64,000 nt of DNA, taken from contig JAGVNJ010000018.1 of the NCBI GenBank assembly GCA_020053305.1, positions 1,910-65,909 on the forward strand, read 5' to 3'. The position numbers and the translations under genes were made by a program. The notes under the pieces are model-generated. The model saw only the letters and a list, made by a program, of their open reading frames with translations. It was not told where the DNA came from and made no database searches. Shown here piece by piece: positions 59,521 through 64,000 of the stretch (its first letter is position 1; every line of letters starts with the position of its first letter). Source of the stretch: Candidatus Edwardsbacteria bacterium. GTDB lineage: Bacteria > Edwardsbacteria > AC1 > EtOH8.

Positions 59521-60690
59521 ATGAGAAATATTTTACTGTCGGTGTTATTTGCATTGGCCGCAAGTGCGGCTTTTGCCGACAGCTGGACAACGCCCACGCC
59601 GATAAATATTAATTCGTTTTATTTTGATCATGAAATGCCTTCAATAAGTAATGATGGCTCTAAATTATTCTTTTCATCGGATAGTGATGGGATTGCCAAC
59701 GGTCCGGCGGATATCTATTATTCACTAAAAAGTGAAAGCGGATGGGGCATGCCGATCTTTCTGGGAAATATTGTAAATGATACGATACAGGGACGTATTG
59801 AGTCGTCCCCCTGCATCGGATACGACGATACCACGCTTTATTTTGCAAGAAGTTATGTAAATGACAGCATCTGGGTAACATACTACACCAATGGAGACTG
59901 GCTATTACCGCAGCCCTTAGACAGCACTATAAATAAATTTCCGGCCGGTGGTCCGGCAGTTTCCCAAGATGGGCAAAGATTATATTTTCATTCAAACCGC
60001 CCGGGAGGTTACGGCGGTTACGATATCTGGATGTCCCAGAAAACCGGCGGGGCTTGGCAGGAGCCGGTAAATATGGGGCCGGAGATAAACACATCATTCA
60101 ACGAAAAAGAGCCGTCAATAGCGGGAAATGATTCCGATTTTGTTTTCTGGCGGTCAGGCAGCGTTTCGGATACATGCAATATATGGTATCATAAGCTCGG
60201 TTCCGAGGATTCGGCAAAGTGCATATTTTTCGGGCATTATGAGCCGTATCCCCATTATGGATGGTGCTGGCACGAAGCTCCCTGCATAAGTTGGGATGGA
60301 CAGAAAATTTACCTTACGTATGCATCCTTTAATGTTGAGCCTTTAAGTTACATCTACTTATCAAATCGTATAACCGGCGTCGCCGGGAAACCGGAGAACA
60401 ACGTCTCCAAAACAACCTTGAGCCTATCACCGAATTTCCCCAATCCCTTCAGCCAGTTTACAGGCATCAGTTATCAATTGCCAGCATCAGGGTATGTCAA
60501 TCTATCCATATACAACATTGCCGGGCAATTGGTAAGAACCCTGGTAAATGAAGATAAAAAGGCCGGTAAATATAAAACAATTTGGAATGGCAATGATGAA
60601 AGCAGTAAAAAAGTAGCCCAGGGCATCTATTTCTGCAAACTTCAATCGGGCAATGGGCAGATAATACATAAAATGGTGCTGGTAAAATAG
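59521..60690 (+). CDS. Secreted PD40/TolB-like beta-propeller protein with a T9SS C-terminal sorting domain
   Basis: It has a signal peptide and PD40-like repeats (DGQRLYFHSNRPGGYGGYDIW). The C-terminus NLSIYNIAGQLVRTL...GIYFCKLQ...KMVLVK is a textbook Por_Secre_tail. Confidence 0.75.
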   Translation: MRNILLSVLFALAASAAFADSWTTPTPININSFYFDHEMPSISNDGSKLFFSSDSDGIANGPADIYYSLKSESGWGMPIFLGNIVNDTIQGRIESSPCIGYDDTTLYFARSYVNDSIWVTYYTNGDWLLPQPLDSTINKFPAGGPAVSQDGQRLYFHSNRPGGYGGYDIWMSQKTGGAWQEPVNMGPEINTSFNEKEPSIAGNDSDFVFWRSGSVSDTCNIWYHKLGSEDSAKCIFFGHYEPYPHYGWCWHEAPCISWDGQKIYLTYASFNVEPLSYIYLSNRITGVAGKPENNVSKTTLSLSPNFPNPFSQFTGISYQLPASGYVNLSIYNIAGQLVRTLVNEDKKAGKYKTIWNGNDESSKKVAQGIYFCKLQSGNGQIIHKMVLVK

Positions 60691-60836
60691 TCAAATTCCA
60701 GTTGGCATCAACAATTACAAGGGCGGGTTAAAACCGCCCTTTTTTCTTTAAAAATGCTTAATTTTAAGCTTGCAAATATCTTTTTTTTCAGTTAATATTA
60801 TAGTCTAATTGGATTATTTTTCAAGGAGTTAATATA

Positions 60837-61694
60837 ATGGACTACCTAAAATTTTATGGGATGACCGACCAGCCCTTTTCCAACGCTCCCGACAACCGAT
60901 TCTACTACGACAGCCCCCAGCATTCCAAGGCCATCCTCAAGCTGTCCCATGCCGCCGAAATGATGAAGGGCCTGGCAGTGGTTTTGGGCGATATCGGCAC
61001 CGGAAAGACCACCATCTCCCGGCGGATGCTGGAGATCCTGCCGGACGACCAGTTCGAGACCGGCCTGCTGGTGATCGTTCACTCCGAGGTCACCCCGGGC
61101 TGGCTGATCTCCAAGATCGCCCTGCAGATGGGGGTGGAGAAGCCGGCCGACACCAAGGCCGGGATGGTGGGTCAGCTCTACGAACAGCTGATGAAGATCT
61201 ACAACGAGGGCCGCAAGGCGGTGATCATCATTGACGAGGCCAACATGCTCAAGAGCAAGGAGATCATGGAGGAGATGCGGGGCCTGCTGAACATGGAGGT
61301 CTCCGGCAGCATGCTGATAACCTTCCTGCTGTTCGGACTGCCCGATCTGGAGCAGTGCCTGGCCCTGGACCCGCCCCTAAGGGAACGGATAGCGGTCAAG
61401 CACAAGCTGGAGCCCCTGACCTCGGAGTCCACCCGGGGCTACATCCAGTACCGCCTGGCGGTGGTGGGCTGCCAGCACGAGCTGTTCACCGATTCGGCCT
61501 ACGAGTTCATCCATTTCTACTCCGACGGCAAACCCCGCCTGATAAACACCATCTGCGACAACGCCCTGCTGGAGGGCTCCATGAGCGGCATCCAGCAGAT
61601 AGACGAATCGCTGATCGAGACGGTGGTCAGCGACCTGGGCCTCAAGAGCGAGGCCGACGAAACGGGCGGCAAGAACAAACAGCCGGTGTTTTGA
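60837..61694 (+). CDS. ExeA/GspA/MshM-like AAA+ ATPase
   Basis: Walker A GDIGTGKTT and Walker B IIIDEAN are present in the typical ExeA layout. Confidence 0.75.
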   Translation: MDYLKFYGMTDQPFSNAPDNRFYYDSPQHSKAILKLSHAAEMMKGLAVVLGDIGTGKTTISRRMLEILPDDQFETGLLVIVHSEVTPGWLISKIALQMGVEKPADTKAGMVGQLYEQLMKIYNEGRKAVIIIDEANMLKSKEIMEEMRGLLNMEVSGSMLITFLLFGLPDLEQCLALDPPLRERIAVKHKLEPLTSESTRGYIQYRLAVVGCQHELFTDSAYEFIHFYSDGKPRLINTICDNALLEGSMSGIQQIDESLIETVVSDLGLKSEADETGGKNKQPVF

Positions 61695-61697
61695 TCC

Positions 61698-62546
61698 ATG
61701 ACCAGCCAGCAATATTTCGTAGACCTGCATATCCACACGGCGGCCTCCGACGGGGTTTTCCTCCCGGAGGAGCTGGTGAAGCAGGCGTCATTGAAAGGGC
61801 TCAAGGCCATCGCCATCACCGACCATGATGCTTGGGATGCCATTGAACCGATCTCCAGCCTGGCTTTCAAGGTGGGGATCGAGGTCATTCCCGGGATAGA
61901 ACTGTCCACCAACATCGAGGGGGCCGAGATCCACATCCTGGGATATTTCATCGATTACACCCAAAGCCAATTCCAGGAGAGGGTGCTGCATTTCAAGAAC
62001 GCCCGGATCGAACGGGCCCACCGGATGGTGGAGAAGCTGGCCGAGCTGGGGGTGCGCCTGGAGATAGACAGGGTGCTGGAGATCGCCGGCTCGGGCTCGG
62101 TGGGCCGCCCCCATGTGGCCCGGGCCCTGGCCGAGGAGGGCTATGTGGGCGGCACCGATGAGGCCTTCACCAGGTATCTGGGCAACGGGTGTCCGGCCTA
62201 TGTGCCCAAGAATTTTCTGACCCCCCAGGAGTCCTTCGACCTGGTTCATTCGGTGGGAGGGCTGGCTTTCTTCGCCCATCCCGGGATTGAGAACCGGGAT
62301 GAACTGATAGCCCAGTTCGCCACCCAGGGCCTGGACGGGCTGGAGGTGTGGCATTCCAAGCATTCCAACAGCCAAGTGAAGAACTACCTGGAGATCGCCC
62401 GGCAGAAGAATCTTTTAGCCTGTGGCGGCTCCGACTGCCACAGCGACAACCTGATGAACAACGGCGGCGGCTCGGTAAAAGTGCCCTACAGCGTGGTGGA
62501 GCAGATGAAACGGCACCTGGCGAATAAAAAACAAAAGCAAGCTTAA
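61698..62546 (+). CDS. PHP-domain metal-dependent phosphoesterase (TrpH/YciV-like)
   Basis: DLHIHTAASDG and AITDHD are present, and the C-terminus has GGSDCHS. Confidence 0.8.
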   Translation: MTSQQYFVDLHIHTAASDGVFLPEELVKQASLKGLKAIAITDHDAWDAIEPISSLAFKVGIEVIPGIELSTNIEGAEIHILGYFIDYTQSQFQERVLHFKNARIERAHRMVEKLAELGVRLEIDRVLEIAGSGSVGRPHVARALAEEGYVGGTDEAFTRYLGNGCPAYVPKNFLTPQESFDLVHSVGGLAFFAHPGIENRDELIAQFATQGLDGLEVWHSKHSNSQVKNYLEIARQKNLLACGGSDCHSDNLMNNGGGSVKVPYSVVEQMKRHLANKKQKQA

Positions 62547-62560
62547 CCTAGGAGCAATAT

Positions 62561-63772
62561 ATGCTGGACGATTCATTATTGCAGGAACTGCTGGTCAGCA
62601 ATGACAAGAAGATAGTGCTGATCGTGGCCGACGGCCTGGGCGGCCTGCCCCGGGAGAGAGACGGCCAGACCGAGCTGGAGGCGGCCGCCAAACCCCATAT
62701 CGACGCCCTGGCCATCAAGTCGGTCTGCGGGCTGACGGTCCCCATATCCTACGGCATCACCCCCGGCAGCGGGCCGGCCCATCTGTCGCTGTTCGGATAC
62801 GACCCCATCAAATACCAGATCGGCCGGGGGGTGCTGGAGGCACTGGGCATCGGCCTGGAGATGACCCCCCGGGATGTGGCGGCCCGGGCCAACTTTGCCA
62901 CCATGGAGCCCGGCGGGTTGATAACCGACCGCCGGGCCGGCCGGATCCCCACCGAGAAGAACATGGAGCTGTGCGCCAAGTTGCAGGCGGCCATCCCGGC
63001 CATCGACGGGGTGGAGGTGATCATCCGGCACGGCAAGGAGCACCGCTTTGTGGTGCTGTTCCGGGGCGACGGGCTCTCCGGCAACCTGCATGACACCGAT
63101 CCCCAGCGGGAGGGTTTGACGGCCATAGCACCCAAGGCCTTTTTCGAGGAGGACCTCAAGCTGGCCGCCGTGACGGCCAAATTCATCGCCCAGGCCAACC
63201 AGGTGCTGAAGGACCAGCATCCGGCCAACACCCTTTTGATGCGGGGCTTTGCCAAGCATCCCGACATTCCCTCCATGAACAAGAGGTTCGGCCTCAAGGC
63301 CGCGGCCATCGCCGCCTATCCCATGTACAAGGGGCTGGCCAAGCTGGTGGGCATGACCGAGCTGGACACCGGCCAGACCATCGAGGATGAATTCGAGACC
63401 CTGAGGCTCTACTATAACGATTTCGATTTCTTCTACATTCACATCAAAAAGACCGATTCCTACGGCGAGGACGGCGATTTCAACGCTAAGGTTCAGGTGA
63501 TCACCGAGCTGGATGACGCCATGCCGATGGTCAGCAAGCTTAATCCTGACGTGCTGGTGATAACCAGCGACCATTCCACCCCGGCCCGGATGAAGGGCCA
63601 TAGCTGGCACCCCAACCCCTTCATGCTGTACTCCCCGTATGTCCGGCCGGACGGGCTGGACAGTTTCAACGAGCGGAACTGCGCCTACGGCAGCCTGGGA
63701 TGCTTTCCGGCAGTGGAGGCCATGCCCCTGATGCTGGCCAACGCCCTCAAGCTGGGCAAATTCGGGGCCTAG
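62561..63772 (+). CDS. apgM: 2,3-bisphosphoglycerate-independent phosphoglycerate mutase, archaeal type
   Basis: The N-terminus KIVLIVADGLGG and the C-terminus TSDHSTP are metalloenzyme-superfamily motifs in the ApgM arrangement. Confidence 0.8.
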   Translation: MLDDSLLQELLVSNDKKIVLIVADGLGGLPRERDGQTELEAAAKPHIDALAIKSVCGLTVPISYGITPGSGPAHLSLFGYDPIKYQIGRGVLEALGIGLEMTPRDVAARANFATMEPGGLITDRRAGRIPTEKNMELCAKLQAAIPAIDGVEVIIRHGKEHRFVVLFRGDGLSGNLHDTDPQREGLTAIAPKAFFEEDLKLAAVTAKFIAQANQVLKDQHPANTLLMRGFAKHPDIPSMNKRFGLKAAAIAAYPMYKGLAKLVGMTELDTGQTIEDEFETLRLYYNDFDFFYIHIKKTDSYGEDGDFNAKVQVITELDDAMPMVSKLNPDVLVITSDHSTPARMKGHSWHPNPFMLYSPYVRPDGLDSFNERNCAYGSLGCFPAVEAMPLMLANALKLGKFGA

Positions 63773-63794
63773 AAATCACACACAAAAAAATTAT

Positions 63795-64000
63795 ATGCAA
63801 ACAAACCATAAAATAATAATCGGCGATTCCCGCTGTATGCAGGTGGTGAAAGACCAATCCGTACACTTGGTCGTTACTTCGCCGCCCTATTGGCAATTGA
63901 AAGACTATGGCCATGAAAACCAAATAGGTTTTGATCATAGCTACGAAGATTATATTAATAATCTCAATCTTGTCTGGAAGGAATGCCACCGGGTTTTGCA
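63795..64000 (+). CDS. DNA methyltransferase (N4/N6 amino-MTase, SPPY motif IV), 3'-truncated by the window edge
   Basis: MQTNHKIIIGDSRCMQVVKDQSVHLVVTSPPYWQLKDYGHENQIGFDHSYEDYI matches the beta-class MTase layout (motif IV SPPY followed by YEDYI). The DNA is noticeably AT-richer than the rest of the window. Confidence 0.6.
   Translation, partial: MQTNHKIIIGDSRCMQVVKDQSVHLVVTSPPYWQLKDYGHENQIGFDHSYEDYINNLNLVWKECHRVL

Overview
The window is a GC-rich bacterial chromosomal segment with AT-rich intergenic DNA. Three proteins carry type IX secretion C-terminal sorting domains, which points to an FCB-superphylum-like lineage, probably an uncultivated one. Most of it is core metabolism and housekeeping. 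Recognisable genes include pgi, a PBP4-type D-Ala-D-Ala carboxypeptidase, gcvT-gcvH-gcvPA (gcvPB not adjacent), a WecA/MraY-family transferase, a tRNA-dihydrouridine synthase, smpB, archaeal-type phosphoglycerate mutase, and a replication-associated cluster recF-NUDIX-PNP-DciA(DUF721)-gyrB-small ORF-gyrA. A complete Pho regulon is present. It comprises phoR/phoB-like genes with translational coupling, two arrays of TTAAC(A)-type direct repeats at 11-bp phase, a Pho-box-preceded PHP phosphoesterase, a porin, pstSCAB-phoU and a thioredoxin-type arsC. Signalling genes include a TM-GGDEF-HD-GYP protein, a multi-PAS HisKA_2 kinase, a single-domain receiver, and a 930-aa soluble class-III nucleotidyl cyclase that is translationally coupled to a REC-GAF-GGDEF protein. 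There are two tRNAs, Val-CAC and Leu-CAG, both on the minus strand. The most unusual locus is a translationally coupled plus-strand operon of a geranylgeranyl-reductase-family flavoprotein, a TPR protein, a DPM1/GtrB-like GT2, a B12-binding radical SAM enzyme and a PMT/ArnT-like TPR membrane glycosyltransferase. It lies next to a minus-strand cluster of radical SAM/SPASM, two GT4, wecB and a T9SS-secreted beta-propeller. I interpret this as an undescribed saturated-polyprenol-phosphate-sugar glycosylation or lipid-modification system. Other structure not explained by genes includes two related hairpin/MITE-like repeats bracketing a 1.2-kb two-gene cassette, and a repeated intergenic module (AACGCAGATTATAAT plus ATCTGCG repeats) upstream of gcvH and of the WecA-like gene. 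There is also a small ORF interrupted by an in-frame TAG, tRNA-end-like fragment repeats in an AT-rich region upstream of recF, and a low-GC SPPY-type DNA methyltransferase start at the window edge. No CRISPR array, transposase or integrase gene was recognisable.
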